Shown: positions 17,851 through 31,140, numbered from the stretch's first letter. The stretch is DNA of 64,000 nt from an uncultured delta proteobacterium (GCA_963778655.1 CAVZVA010000009.1:736001-800000), one strand, 5' to 3'. The notes: generated by a model not told the origin, from the letters alone. Numbers and translations: made by a program.

Positions 17851-18585
17851 ATGCTTGAGCTGGCTGGGCGGCGTGCGCTCGTCACCGGTGGGGGACAGCG
17901 CGTGGGCGCCGCGATCGCCCTGGCGCTGGGCGAGCAGGGCATGCGGGTGGCCGTGCATTACCATGCCTCGGGGGCGGGCGCGGCGGAGGTTTGCCGGCAG
18001 GTGGAGGACAGCGGCGGCGAGGCCGTGGCGCTGCAGGCGGACCTGCGCGTGCGCGCGCAGGCCCGGGCGCTGGTCGATCGCGCGGCCCAGGCGCTCGGCG
18101 GCCTCGACTTGCTGGTGCTGAGCGCTGCGAGCTTCGAGCGCACCCCGCTGGGGACGCTCAGCGACGCGAGCTGGGACCAGAGCCTGGCGCTCAACCTGAA
18201 CGCGCCGCTGGCGATGGCCCAGCGGGCCGCTCCGGCGTTGCGCGCGGCGCGCGGCAGTATGGTGCTCGTGACCTGTATCAGCCGCTTCGCCCCGGCGCGC
18301 GACTACCTCGCATACCAGGTCTCCAAGGCCGCGCTTTACCACCTGATGCGCCTGCTCGCGCTGGAGCTGGCCCCCGAGGTCCGCGTCAACGCGGTGGCTC
18401 CGGGCAGCGTGCTGCCGCCCGACGACTGGGACGCGCCGCGCCGTGCCGCGCTGCTCGAGCGCATTCCGCTCGGCCGTCTCGGCCAGGCCCGCGACGTGGC
18501 CGACGCGGTCGTGCACCTGGCGCGGGGCGAGTGGCTGACCGGCAGCGAGATCGTGGTCGATGGCGGCCGCAGCGTCTGGGGCTGA
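17851..18585 (+). CDS. Short-chain dehydrogenase, pteridine reductase/FolM-like
   Basis: TGGGQRVG (Arg-containing glycine loop), YQVSK, VRVNAVAPG, VDGG. Confidence 0.85.
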   Translation: MLELAGRRALVTGGGQRVGAAIALALGEQGMRVAVHYHASGAGAAEVCRQVEDSGGEAVALQADLRVRAQARALVDRAAQALGGLDLLVLSAASFERTPLGTLSDASWDQSLALNLNAPLAMAQRAAPALRAARGSMVLVTCISRFAPARDYLAYQVSKAALYHLMRLLALELAPEVRVNAVAPGSVLPPDDWDAPRRAALLERIPLGRLGQARDVADAVVHLARGEWLTGSEIVVDGGRSVWG

Positions 18586-18595
18586 GCCTTGGGCT

Positions 18596-20066
18596 CTACG
18601 CGCCGGCGCCGATCACCGACGCCGGTCACGTTGAAGCGCGCCTTGTTGGGCTCGATGATACCGGTGATGCGGGGAAAGCGCCGTCCCTGCGACGGCGCGC
18701 CCAAGTCGATTTCCTTGGGCTTGGAGAAGACCTGACCGCTGCGGTCGGTGATCAGCTTGACGCGCGGGCGCGCCAGCGCCGCCTTGTTGGTGGACTGGCC
18801 GACCACGATGCCCCACTCGCCGGTCTCGAATTCGACCACGGTGCCGGTCGGCATCACCCCGACCGCCTGGATCAGCAGCTTGTACACCAGCTCGTCGACG
18901 TTGGTCTGGGCGGCGAGGCTGGCCAGGGCATCGAGCGGGGACATCGGGCGCGTGGTGTCTCGCGGTGCGAGCCGCTCGAGCAGCTGGCGCACCACAAACA
19001 GGATCTTCGACTGGATCAGCGGCGACATGGTGCGCTTGTAGATCGGGCCGAGCAGGCTCTGTCGTTCCAGGTAGGTCGCCTCGTACGCGCTCACCGTGCG
19101 CAGGGCGTTCTGCAGATTCACGCCGCCGGTGGAGATGCACAGCGAGCTGGTCAGCGACGGGACCACCTTCTCCACGTCCTCTGACAGCTGCACGAACTTC
19201 TCGCCCGAGGAGCCCGCGATGCGTACGCGTCCGACGTCGGCCATCAGCGCGGCCATCGCGAGCTGCGAGAGCGCGGCGCGGCTGTGGGTCAGCCTGCGTG
19301 CCACGATGATGCACAGGATCGCGCACTGCACCGCGCGGCCGGCCTCGTCGCGGTGTGCGTTGGCCAGGGTGGTCATCGCGATCAGCGCCCCCTCGTCGGT
19401 CTCCGCCATCGACGCCATGCGTTGGGCGACGCGCTTGACCCGGTGCGGCAGCACGGTCTTGCCCTGCGACATGCGCTCGTAGAACTGCCGCAACACCACC
19501 AGCGCGGACGCATAGGCACGCAGCGTCTTCTCCATCTCCGGCAGATTCTGGTCGTCCTCGTTGTTCTGCAGGTTCGAGTCGACCTGACGCACCATCACGT
19601 TGCTCAGCTTGGCCTCGAGCATGCGCCCGCGCTGGCTCGGGTCGCGCAGGCTGGTCGAGAACGCCTCGCAGAAGGCCAGTAGGTCCTGCTCGGTCACCTC
19701 GCCGGTGAAGCTCACCTCCGAGACCGCGCCCACCGCGAGCAGCTTGCCCACCTCCATCGCGGACTCGTAGATCGAGCGCGAGGCGCGCAGCAGCTGGCCG
19801 CAGACGAAGATCGTGTCGTCGACGTAGGTGATGCTGACGTAACCGCCGACGATGTTGGCGAAGTCGGTGATGATCGCGTGGCTCTCCTTGACCGTGGTCA
19901 GCACCGCCTTGTTGTCGAGCGCGTGGACCAGCGCGTTCTTGACCAGGCGGAAGATAGCCAGGATCACCTCGGCGCCTTTGTCGCGGATCTCCTCGAGCGC
20001 CTTGTTGCGCGAGTCGGTCGCCTTGCAGGCCGCCAGGAACGCCGTCTTCTCGGTCTTGGACGCCAT
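18596..20066 (-). CDS. Degenerate HD-GYP-like protein; probable +1 frameshift near the 3' end
   Basis: AALMADVGR where HD-GYP proteins have LLHDIGK; C-terminal GVMPTGTVVEFETGEWGIVV...RPRVKL. Deleting one base at 18616-18617 gives VVIGAGA-stop at 18596 and removes a 250-bp antisense overlap. Confidence 0.7.
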
Positions 20067-20068
20067 CG

Positions 20069-23000
20069 CTACCCTCTCCCGGCCGAGGACGCACGCCCGC
20101 GGCCGCCCGGCGCCGCCGCGTCTTCGGGCGCGTTCGGGTCGGTCTTGCGCTTTACCCGCAGCGCGCTCTCGGTCTTGCCCTCGTTCTGGTCGGCCTGGGC
20201 GCCGGCCGGCGCCTTCTTGCCCTCCGCCGGCGGCTTGGTCGCGCCGCGCTGCGCCGGCCGCTTCCTGCGGGCCGCGGTGGTGCGGCCGGGGCCCTCACCG
20301 GCGGCGCGTTTGGCCTCGATCTGAGACTTGCGTGCTTCGATCGCCTCTTGGGCGCGCTGGGTCAGGCGCCCGACTGCCGCGGCGGCCGCCTCGCGCACGC
20401 GCTTGCCGTTCTGCCACGGCTTGCTGTGCGCGATGCCCTCGAGCAAATGGTAGGCCGCGTCGGTGCTCGCGACCTCGGCCAGAAAGCGCGCCGCGAGCTC
20501 GCGCGTCGACTCGAGCGCCGCGGGCCGCAGCAGCTTCGACTCCTTGAGCAGGCTGATGCAAACCTCTTCGCAGCGCTTCGGCCGCAGTGCGGCCAGGGTC
20601 TGCAGCGAGCGCTCGCGCTCCTGCAGTGGCAGCTTGAGAAAAACCTTGTCCTGGATGCGCAGCACCAGGAACGGCCCGGCCGCGGCGATCTGGTGCTTCT
20701 CCATCGCGCTCAGCGCCGCCAGACGCACCTGCAGCTGGTCGTCGTCGAGCAACTTGCGCAGCTCCGTCCGCACGCGCGTTCCGCTCACGCCTTCGAGGTG
20801 GCCCAACGCTTCGATCCGCACCAGCGGATGCGGGCTGTTGGCGGCCAGCGCGATCGCTTCGCGCGACGCATCGGTCTCGATCGACACCAGCAAGCGCACC
20901 AGCTGCAGGCCCAGCTCCACGTCCGCGCTGTCGAACAGCGCCCCGATCTTGAGCTCGTGGCCGCGCCCCGTGCGCCGCAAGAATTCGAGCAGCAGCTCCC
21001 GAATCTTGCCCTCCGGCGTCTCCGGCAGGAATGCGATCGCGGACTCGAAGTGCTGGCTCTGGATGCACTCGAGCACCTTCGACAGCCCCTTCAGATAGCC
21101 CTGGCGGCGTTCCTCCGGCAGCGCGCTCGAGTTCTTCAGGATGTCGAGCAAGGTCCTGGGCGACAGCACCTCCGCGGTGATGGTCGCGCGCAGGTTCTCG
21201 GTCTCGAGCGCTTTGCCTTCGATCGTCACCGTCTCGCGCAGCTGCACGATCATGTCCATGGCTTTTTCGGGCTCGCCCGCGCTGAGCCCGTCGACCGCGC
21301 GCCGCAGCGGCGCGGTCACGGCGGCCGAGCGGCCCATCTTGGCGGAGGCCACGAAGGCCTCGGCGGCCGCGACCACGAAACGCTCGCTGGTCGCACCGAC
21401 GTCCGTGTCCAGCCGCGCTGCCAGCAAGGCCCTGGTCGCATCGTCGATCACGACGGCGGCGGCGGCCTGGGCCTCCTCCGGCGACTGATCCTGCATGTTC
21501 ATGTTGGCGACGCGCGCCGCGGCCTCGGCATCGAGCGGCGAGCTGCGGTTGATGAAGTCGATCACCTGCCGGGTCTTGACCCCGGCGTTGGGATGGGCGC
21601 CGGGTCCGCCGCCCGACTGGTCCTGGCGCCAGGCCTGGCCCACCTCGCGCAGGTAGTCCGCGTGCGCCCCATTGATGACGGCGTTGCGCTCGGCCTCGTA
21701 GCGCGCGCGCTGCTCCTGGTTGCCTTCCGCGAACGAGTCGATCGCCTGGTGGAACACGTGGTTGAACGCCGCGTCCCACAGCCGCGTGACCAGGTCGTCT
21801 TCGGGCGCGAGGTCGACGGTGGGGTCGAGCGTGATCACGTCGAGCCACTCGAAGAACTCGCCTTCATCCAGCCCCGGCACCAGACCCATGGTGCGCACGC
21901 CGTCGGAGAACAGCTGGTACGGCACCCGGTTCCAGGGCGGCTCCGGCTCCCAGATCACGTTGTCGCCGGCCACGAACGCGTACGGGGTGAAGTTCCACGC
22001 CAGGCAGATGTCGCAGCTCATCAGCGCGGAAGCGAGCTCCTTGAAGCACTCCTCGAGGCGGCGCTGCGGCTCGGGATGGTCCGGGCCGTACTGCTTACGC
22101 GCGACCAGACCGCGCTCGAGCAGCGTGAACACCTTCTGCATCTGCGCGATCTCGTCGGGGCTGTTGCTGCTCGGATCGAAGGTGTCGAGGCGCTCCCCGC
22201 GATCGCCTTTGGCGTAGCCGTCGGGCGCCGACTCGCCCTGGACCGTGGCCGGCACCACCTGGCCCTGCGGAATGACCTGCGTCTTGCTGACCGCCTCCTG
22301 CGTGAGCGAGGCGCGCACCTTGGCCAGCTCCTGCCTGAAGCTGGTGGCGTCGGGGAAGCGGTGGTCGCGCTCGTAGGCGAGCGCGCGGTCGACCATCGCC
22401 ACCAGGTTGAACGGCGCGTTGTTGAGCACGCGCGCGAGCGAGCGTGCGGGCCGCGTCGCCGCGGCCACCAGCATCTCGCCAGCGGTCTCCGCCTCGTGCA
22501 CCGGCAGCCCCGAGAGCAAGGTGAAGGCGGTGGCTCCGACCGCGTACAAATCGGTGCGCTGGTCGACCTCCGCCCAGCGCCCCATCGCCTGCTCGGGCGC
22601 CATGAACGACGGCGTGCCCATCACCATGCCGGTCTGCGTCTTGCGCGCGTTGTCCTCGCGCAGCCGCGCGATGCCGAAGTCCAGCACCTTGAGCTGGGAA
22701 TCTCTGGTGAAGAACAGGTTCTCCGGCTTGAGATCGCGGTGGATGATCGACTGCTTGTGGGCCGCTTCGAGCACGGCCAAGGTCTGGTCGATGATGTCCA
22801 GCGTTTCCTGGATCGACAGCCGGCCGCCGGATTTCTCGGCCTTGGATTCGACCGACTCGCCCTGCAGCAGCTCCATCACCAGGTACGGCGTGCCGTGCTC
22901 GTCGACGTCGTCGTCGAGCACCTTGACCGTGCCCGGATGGCCGACCTTGTTCGCGATGTAGGCCTCGCGCAGAAAGCGCTCGCGCACCTCGTCGTTGCGG

Positions 23001-23170
23001 GCGACGTCCTCGTGCAACAGCTTGATCGCGCCGACCGAGCCGTTGCGGTGCGTGGCCATGTACACCGCGGCCATGCCGCCGACTCCGATCAACGCATCGA
23101 GCCGCCACTTGCCGCTGATCAGGTGGCCAACGCGGGCTCGGCACTGGGCTACGATCGGATCTTCATCCAT
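20069..23170 (-). CDS. Hanks-type Ser/Thr protein kinase fused to a HEAT-repeat region
   Basis: IGVGGMAAVY, AIK, HRDLKPEN, DFG, GTPSFMAPE; C-terminal VRIEALGHL and VRLAALSAM; no obvious transmembrane helix. Confidence 0.9.
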   Translation of the reverse strand: MDEDPIVAQCRARVGHLISGKWRLDALIGVGGMAAVYMATHRNGSVGAIKLLHEDVARNDEVRERFLREAYIANKVGHPGTVKVLDDDVDEHGTPYLVMELLQGESVESKAEKSGGRLSIQETLDIIDQTLAVLEAAHKQSIIHRDLKPENLFFTRDSQLKVLDFGIARLREDNARKTQTGMVMGTPSFMAPEQAMGRWAEVDQRTDLYAVGATAFTLLSGLPVHEAETAGEMLVAAATRPARSLARVLNNAPFNLVAMVDRALAYERDHRFPDATSFRQELAKVRASLTQEAVSKTQVIPQGQVVPATVQGESAPDGYAKGDRGERLDTFDPSSNSPDEIAQMQKVFTLLERGLVARKQYGPDHPEPQRRLEECFKELASALMSCDICLAWNFTPYAFVAGDNVIWEPEPPWNRVPYQLFSDGVRTMGLVPGLDEGEFFEWLDVITLDPTVDLAPEDDLVTRLWDAAFNHVFHQAIDSFAEGNQEQRARYEAERNAVINGAHADYLREVGQAWRQDQSGGGPGAHPNAGVKTRQVIDFINRSSPLDAEAAARVANMNMQDQSPEEAQAAAAVVIDDATRALLAARLDTDVGATSERFVVAAAEAFVASAKMGRSAAVTAPLRRAVDGLSAGEPEKAMDMIVQLRETVTIEGKALETENLRATITAEVLSPRTLLDILKNSSALPEERRQGYLKGLSKVLECIQSQHFESAIAFLPETPEGKIRELLLEFLRRTGRGHELKIGALFDSADVELGLQLVRLLVSIETDASREAIALAANSPHPLVRIEALGHLEGVSGTRVRTELRKLLDDDQLQVRLAALSAMEKHQIAAAGPFLVLRIQDKVFLKLPLQERERSLQTLAALRPKRCEEVCISLLKESKLLRPAALESTRELAARFLAEVASTDAAYHLLEGIAHSKPWQNGKRVREAAAAAVGRLTQRAQEAIEARKSQIEAKRAAGEGPGRTTAARRKRPAQRGATKPPAEGKKAPAGAQADQNEGKTESALRVKRKTDPNAPEDAAAPGGRGRASSAGRG

Positions 23171-23378
23171 GGGTTCAGCGCAGCACGAGCGGGGCGATCG
23201 CACCCGCTCGCGTCCAGGCTAATCCGGGCGCGTCGCTACATGAAAAATGTCTCACGCAGGGGGGGTCCGAGCAACGGTGTGTGTTTGCGCGGAGTGTAGG
23301 GCCTGGAGCGAAAGCAGCGCACGCGACCCGCGGCGCCCGCATCCGCCCACAGCGCGCCGGGTGTGAGCGGCCCGCGCG

Positions 23379-24305
23379 TCAGGGCTCGCCCGCGACGCCG
23401 ATCACGCGCAGCATGCACGCGCCCGCGCGCAGCTCGCGCTCGGGCGTGGCCAGCGCCTGCTTCACGTAACCCAGGGCCAGCACGCCGCCGTGCTCTGGAT
23501 CGTGCGCGACGCTGGTGAGCACGCCGACCGCGTGACCCTCGGCGTCGTGCAGCTCGGCGCCGGCCTGCGCCTCGGCACCCGCCGGCGCGCGCATGCGAAC
23601 CAATCTGCGCGTCAGCCGCCCGCGGTTCTCGAGCGTGCACACGACCTCCTGCCCCAGGTAGCAGCCCTTGCTGAACGACACCGCCAGTGCCTTGAGCCCG
23701 GCTTCCTGCGGATAGTGCTGCGCGCCGAAGTCGGCGCCGAAGCGGCCGCGTCCTGCGCGCAGCCGCGCCAGCTCGAAGCCGGCCTCGTCCACCGCGCCGC
23801 CGCCGAGGGCCTGGGCCGCCGCCACCAACTCCGAGAACCGCTCGGCCAGCTCGGCCTGCGCGCACAGCAGCATGAACCCGCCGGCGCCGAGCTCGTCGCA
23901 GCGGTGCGCCTCGGGCGTCCGGCCCGCCACGACCTCGCCCGCGCGTGGTCCCTGCACCGAGATCACGCGCGCGCTCTCGTCCGGGCGCAGCTCCACGTCT
24001 TCCATGATGATCTGGTGCTCGAAGCTCTGAAGCACCTGCTCGCGCGCGGCCGCCGGCAGCAGCACCGCCAGCCGCTCGCCCCGATCGAGCACCCACAGGT
24101 CGGCGATGATCTTGCCGCGCACGCTGACCGCGAGTGCATACACCGCCTGGCCGGGCCGGGCCGCACGCACGTCGGCGGTGACCTGACCGTTGAGCCAGCT
24201 CAGGCGGTCGTCGCCCAGCACATCGACCAGCACCAGCTCGTCGCGCACGCGCACGCCCGCGCTGTGCTCGAGCGCGCGTGCCTGCTCCAGGGGTGAGAGC
24301 GCCAT
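23379..24305 (-). CDS. ygfZ: YgfZ/GcvT-family folate-binding protein
   Basis: Signature KGCYLGQE; WLNGQVTADV. Confidence 0.88.
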   Translation of the reverse strand: MALSPLEQARALEHSAGVRVRDELVLVDVLGDDRLSWLNGQVTADVRAARPGQAVYALAVSVRGKIIADLWVLDRGERLAVLLPAAAREQVLQSFEHQIIMEDVELRPDESARVISVQGPRAGEVVAGRTPEAHRCDELGAGGFMLLCAQAELAERFSELVAAAQALGGGAVDEAGFELARLRAGRGRFGADFGAQHYPQEAGLKALAVSFSKGCYLGQEVVCTLENRGRLTRRLVRMRAPAGAEAQAGAELHDAEGHAVGVLTSVAHDPEHGGVLALGYVKQALATPERELRAGACMLRVIGVAGEP

Positions 24306-24365
24306 GGCCCAATCATGTAAGGCCCGGCGCCGCAATCGCAAGGCGCGCGGCCCGGCGTTTCGCGC

Positions 24366-25187
24366 TCAGCCGTCCGCGCGCTCCAGCCGGCCGGCCAGCA
24401 ACTCGCGCAGCCCGTCGTCGGCGGCGATGCGCAGCGCGCCGCTGGGCGCCACGCCGACCAGCACGCCCTCGACCGCCTCGCAGCGCACGCGCCTGCCTCG
24501 CAGCGCGAGCCTGTGCTGCAGCGCGGCCGCCACCGGCTCGCCGCCCTGCGCCGCAAAGCGGTCGACCCAGCGCTCGACCGCGCCCAGCAGTGCCGCCAGC
24601 GCAGCGCCGCGGTCGAGCGCGCGGCCGCCGCGCGCAAGGCGCAGCGAGGTCGCGCCCGGCGCCAGCTCGTCAGGCCACCGCGTGCGGTTGACGTTGAGAC
24701 CGATGCCGATCACCAGCGGCCCCATGCGCTCGCCGCTGCTGCTGGCCTCGACCAGCACGCCCGCGCACTTCTTGCCGCCGAGCCACACGTCGTTGGGCCA
24801 CTTGACCTCCGGCGCGCGCGCGTCCGGCTCGAGCAGCTGCTGCACCGCATCGGCTACCCCCAGCCCCACCGCCAGAGTCAGCGGCGAGAGCTGCGAAAGC
24901 GGCACCTCCGGGCGCGCCACGATCGACACGTACAGATCCTGGCCGGGCGGCGAGAGCCAGCTGCGGCCACGCGAGCCGCGGCCGCTGCGCTGTGCATCCG
25001 CCACCACCACGTGGCCGTCGGGGGCGCCGGCCTCGGCGTCGCGGCGCGCGTCGTCGTTGGTGGACCCGGTGAGCGCAAGCACGCGCAGCGAGCGGCCATA
25101 GCGGCTGCTGCGCAGCAGCGCCGACAGCCGCCCCGGCTCGAGCTCGGCCGGCACGCTGTCAGACGGTTCGGTCTCCCGGGTTGCCAC
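24366..25187 (-). CDS. birA: Biotin-protein ligase without HTH domain
   Basis: STN, QRSGRGSRGRSW, KWPND, KCAGVL, GIGLN. Confidence 0.92.
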   Translation of the reverse strand: MATRETEPSDSVPAELEPGRLSALLRSSRYGRSLRVLALTGSTNDDARRDAEAGAPDGHVVVADAQRSGRGSRGRSWLSPPGQDLYVSIVARPEVPLSQLSPLTLAVGLGVADAVQQLLEPDARAPEVKWPNDVWLGGKKCAGVLVEASSSGERMGPLVIGIGLNVNRTRWPDELAPGATSLRLARGGRALDRGAALAALLGAVERWVDRFAAQGGEPVAAALQHRLALRGRRVRCEAVEGVLVGVAPSGALRIAADDGLRELLAGRLERADG

Positions 25188-25202
25188 CGCAAGGCCCCGC
25201 GA

Positions 25203-26048
25203 TCACGCCTGCAGCCAGTCCAGCCCGATGTCGACGGAGCCGGCCGAGTGGGTGAGGGCGCCGACGCTGATCACGTCGACTCCGGTAGCTGCGATGGTCG
25301 CCACGCGCTCCAGCGTCACCCGGCCCGAGACCTCGAGTTGCGCGCGGCCGGCTGCCATCGCCACCGCGCGCGGCAGGCTCGCGTCATCGAAGTTGTCGAG
25401 CATGATCACGTCCGCCGCCGCCGCCAGCGCCTGCTCGAGCTCGGCGAAATCGGTCACCTCGCAGGTGATCTTCGAGGTGTGGGGCGCGGCGGCGCGCGCG
25501 CGCTCGATCGCGGCTCGCACGCCGCCGCAGGCCGCGATGTGGTTGTCCTTGATCAGCACCGCAGACCCCAGGTTGTCGCGGTGGTTGCGTCCGCCGCCGC
25601 AGCGCACGGCGTGCCGCTCGAGCGCGCGCAGGCCGGGCGTGGTCTTGCGCGTGTCGGTGATGCGGGCGCGACAGCCGGGCGGCAGCGCGGCGACGAACGC
25701 GCGCGTGCGCGTCGCGACCGCGCTCATCCTTTGCACGAAGTTGAGCGCGACGCGCTCGCCCTTGAGAATCGAGGCAGCCGGGCCGGACACACGCAGCAGG
25801 CAGTCGCCGGCGCCGGCCGCGCTGCCGTCGCCGTGCTCCACGCGCAGCTCGACGCCCGGGTCGAGCTGGCGGAACACCTCACGCGCCACCTCGACCCCGC
25901 ACACCACCAGCGGCTCGCGCGCCCGCATCTCGGCCGTCCCGCGCGCGTCCGGCGCGATGCACGCGTCGGTGGTCACATCACCCCCTGCGAGGTCCTCCTC
26001 GAGCGCCAGCGCGACCACGCGTGCAATCACCATTCGGGGCACGGACAT
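25203..26048 (-). CDS. nadC: Quinolinate phosphoribosyltransferase
   Basis: EDLAGGDVTT, DTRKTTPG, NHR, LIKDNH, IMLDN, SVGALTHS. Confidence 0.95.
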   Translation of the reverse strand: MSVPRMVIARVVALALEEDLAGGDVTTDACIAPDARGTAEMRAREPLVVCGVEVAREVFRQLDPGVELRVEHGDGSAAGAGDCLLRVSGPAASILKGERVALNFVQRMSAVATRTRAFVAALPPGCRARITDTRKTTPGLRALERHAVRCGGGRNHRDNLGSAVLIKDNHIAACGGVRAAIERARAAAPHTSKITCEVTDFAELEQALAAAADVIMLDNFDDASLPRAVAMAAGRAQLEVSGRVTLERVATIAATGVDVISVGALTHSAGSVDIGLDWLQA

Positions 26049-26082
26049 CGCCCTGACATAGCACCAAACGAACCCCCCACGC

Positions 26083-26135
26083 ACTCCACCCCCGCCCCAG
26101 TCGCGATCCTGGTCGTAGTCGTGGTCGTCCTCGTA
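26083..26135. repeat. Degenerate hexamer-period repeat (GTCGTA/GTCGTG)
   Basis: ggtcgtagtcgtggtcgtcctcgta; reverse-complement type of 7290-7344. Confidence 0.45.
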
Positions 26136-26143
26136 ACCCCCCG

Positions 26144-26908
26144 TCACAACCAGCTTCGAAACAGCACCTCCGAGAACAGGTTGCACAGCGCATGGAACGC
26201 CAGTGCCGCTCCGATGCCGCCGCGCAGCTCGCGCAGCCAGCCGAACAACAGCGCTGGAAAAAACACCGCGAGCCGCGCCGGCTCCAGATCGACCGCGACG
26301 TGGATCAGCGCGAACAGCAGCGCTTGCAGCAGCCACGCCGGGGGCGAAAGCCGCGCGCCCAGCACGCGCACGCGCCGCGCGAAACACTCGCTCAGGCGCC
26401 CCTGCAGGTAGCCGCGAAACAGCGCCTCCTCCGGCAGCGCGACCAGCAGCAGCTGCGTCAGCACGAAGGACGCGGGCTGCGGCGGCAGCGAAAGCGAGAA
26501 CGCGCGCGCCGGCGCGTGCCACAGGAAGAACCCCAGCGCGAACGGCGGAAACACCACGGCCGCGAGCAGCAGCGCCACCCCCAGCTCGCGCAGCGCGGAG
26601 GGCAGCGCGCCCAGCAACGCCGCGCCCAGGTCGCGCGCGCTCGCCAGCAGGCCCGAAGGCGGCTCGGGCGGCGGCTCGAGCAAGCCGCCGAGCTGCAGCC
26701 CATAGCGCGCGAGGCCGTCGGGCTGGCGCTGCGCGAAGTGCAGCGCGGTCCACAGAAACAGCGCCGCCACCAGCAGCTGCACGTACGGCGCGAGCCACGG
26801 CAGCCGGCCGAGCGCGCTGATCAGCACCGTGGCGAGGGTCACGGCGACGAACACCCACCCCACCTCACGTTGCGCGCTGGCCGTCGTCACGCGATCCACG
26901 GCTCGCAC
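26144..26908 (-). CDS. CPBP (CAAX/Abi) intramembrane glutamic protease, myxosortase-like
   Basis: LPEEALFRGYLQ (EExxxR), LFALIH, FHALCN, VFFPALLFGWLR. Confidence 0.85.
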   Translation of the reverse strand: MRAVDRVTTASAQREVGWVFVAVTLATVLISALGRLPWLAPYVQLLVAALFLWTALHFAQRQPDGLARYGLQLGGLLEPPPEPPSGLLASARDLGAALLGALPSALRELGVALLLAAVVFPPFALGFFLWHAPARAFSLSLPPQPASFVLTQLLLVALPEEALFRGYLQGRLSECFARRVRVLGARLSPPAWLLQALLFALIHVAVDLEPARLAVFFPALLFGWLRELRGGIGAALAFHALCNLFSEVLFRSWL

Positions 26909-26959
26909 GCGCGTCGGGGCTCGGCCTGCGCGCCGGCCCTTGCGGCCCGGCCCCTGCGC

Positions 26960-26987
26960 TTGACCCTCGGGGGTGTGAGCCTACACT
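26960..26987 (+). promoter_or_regulatory. Putative sigma70 promoter of dnaG-rpoD
   Basis: TTGACC-N16-TACACT about 55 bp upstream of the dnaG start. Confidence 0.55.
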
Positions 26988-27040
26988 GCGCCAAGCGCGG
27001 CAGGGGCCGGGTGGTTCCGAGCGCGCGGTGGGCCAAGAGC

Positions 27041-28875
27041 TTGCTGCCTGACGAGGTCATCTCGGAGCTCCGAGAGCGCGTCGACATGGTGACGCTCGTG
27101 GGAGAGTACGTCCATTTGACGAAGCGCGGCAGCAACCACGTCGGGCTGTGTCCGTTTCACGCCGAGAAGACCCCGTCCTTCAACGTCAGCGCCGCCAACA
27201 AGTTCTTCCATTGCTTTGGCTGCAAGGAGTCCGGCGACGCGTTCTCCTTCGTGATGCGCATGGAGGGCGTGGGCTTCCCCCAGGCCGCGCGCCTGCTGGC
27301 GGAGCGGGTGGGGCTCGAGCTGCCCGAGCTGGAGCGCACCGAGGATGCAGCCGAGCGTCGCGCGCGCGCCCGGCGCGAGCGGCTGGTCGCGCTGATGGAA
27401 GACGCCTGCGCGTTCTACGAGCAGCAGCTGCGGGAGCATCCCCACGCGCAGCTCGCTCGCGCCGAGCTGGAGCGCCGCGGCGTCAGCGCGGAGACCGCGC
27501 GCCGCTTCCGCCTCGGCTACGCGCCGCACGCCTGGGACGCGCTCGCCGGCCATCTCGCCGGCAAGGGCCACGCGCCGGCCGAGGCCGAGGCGGTCGGGCT
27601 GATCGCCCGGCGCCGCGAGGGCAACGGCCACTACGATCGCTTTCGCGGGCGACTGATGTTTCCGGTGCGCGAGCTCAGCGGCGGCGTGCTGGCGTTCAGT
27701 GGCCGCAGCCTGGCCGCGCCCGGCGGCGAGCCGCCGCCGGCGCACGAGCCCAAGTACCTCAACAGCCCCGAGGGCCCGCTCTACAGCAAGGGTAATGTGC
27801 TCTACGGGCTGCACGAGGCGCGGGTGGAAGTGCGACGCCACGGCTGGGCGATCCTGTGCGAAGGCAACTTCGACCTGCTCGCGCTGCATCAGGCCGGCTT
27901 CGGCAACGCGCTCGCGCCGATGGGCACCGCGTTCACCGCGGCCCAGGCCAAGCTGCTGGGCCGCTTCGCCCAGCGCGTGACGCTGCTGTTCGACGGCGAC
28001 GCGGCCGGCGCCAAGGCGGTGCGCGCGGCCCACCCCTTGCTGCAGCAGCATGCTTTGCGGGGCTCGGTCGCCCAGCTTCCGCCCGGCCAGGACCCGGATT
28101 CCTATCTGCGCGGACACGGGGCCGAGGCGTTGCAGCGGCTGCTGGCCGGCGCCCAGGGCATCGTGGAGTACCTGATCGACGAGGCGGCCGCGCAAGCCGG
28201 CTCGAGCGCGGCCGAGCGCGCGGCTGCCATCGACGGGCTCGCACCTGTGCTGGAGACGGTCACCAGTGCAGTGGAAATGGAATTGTTTTACGAACGTGTG
28301 GCGCAGCGCTTCGGCTTGCCCGACATGAGCAGCGTGCGCCGCCAGCTGCGTCGCGGCCCCTCACACCCCCGCGGCTCCGAGCGCGCCGCGCCGCCAGCCA
28401 ACTCCGCGCTGGCCCAAGCCCCCGACTATGTTAGACTCCCCAGGCCGCAAGGGGAGCTTCTGGGTGTTCTGCTCGACAGGCCTTCGCTCCTCGCCAGCGA
28501 CTACGCGCGTCAACTGGAAGGCGTTTTGACCAGCCCCGAGCTCGGGGCTGTATTGAAGGCAGCGGCCGCCGCGGTTCAAGAAAGTGGGGCTCTTGATCTA
28601 TCAGCGCTATTTTCCGCTCTGAGCGAGAGCCCGGCCCTGCCCTGGCTCAAGGAGCGGCTTGCGCTGCAATTGTATAGGGACAGGGACGACGCCGAGGAAG
28701 TGTTGCAGAAGGGCATTCGCAAGCTCGCCAAGGAGAGGCTGGATCGCGAGCGTGTACAGTTGATGCGAGAGATCAGCGATGCACGGCGCAGCGGCGACGA
28801 CGAGCGGGCGATTCGGTTGACCAAGCAGCGAGATGAGCTAGGACGCAGCGCCCACGGGTTGTTGCGGCGCGAGAG

Positions 28876-28879
<4 letters not shown>
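27041..28879 (+). CDS. dnaG: DNA primase
   Basis: [11 protein letters not shown]...CFGC zinc ribbon, [35 protein letters not shown] start inferred. Confidence 0.95.

Positions 28880-31140
<2,261 letters not shown>

Noticed and set aside
18336..18595. Real 250-bp antisense overlap between the HD-like gene and the SDR gene
   Set aside because: Better explained by one extra base that bypasses the TAG at 18596-18598.
25203..26858. 551-aa NadC fusion, and likewise the N-terminally extended DnaG ORF from 26192
   Set aside because: Extensions are shadow frames over the CPBP gene; family motifs begin at 26048 and 27041.
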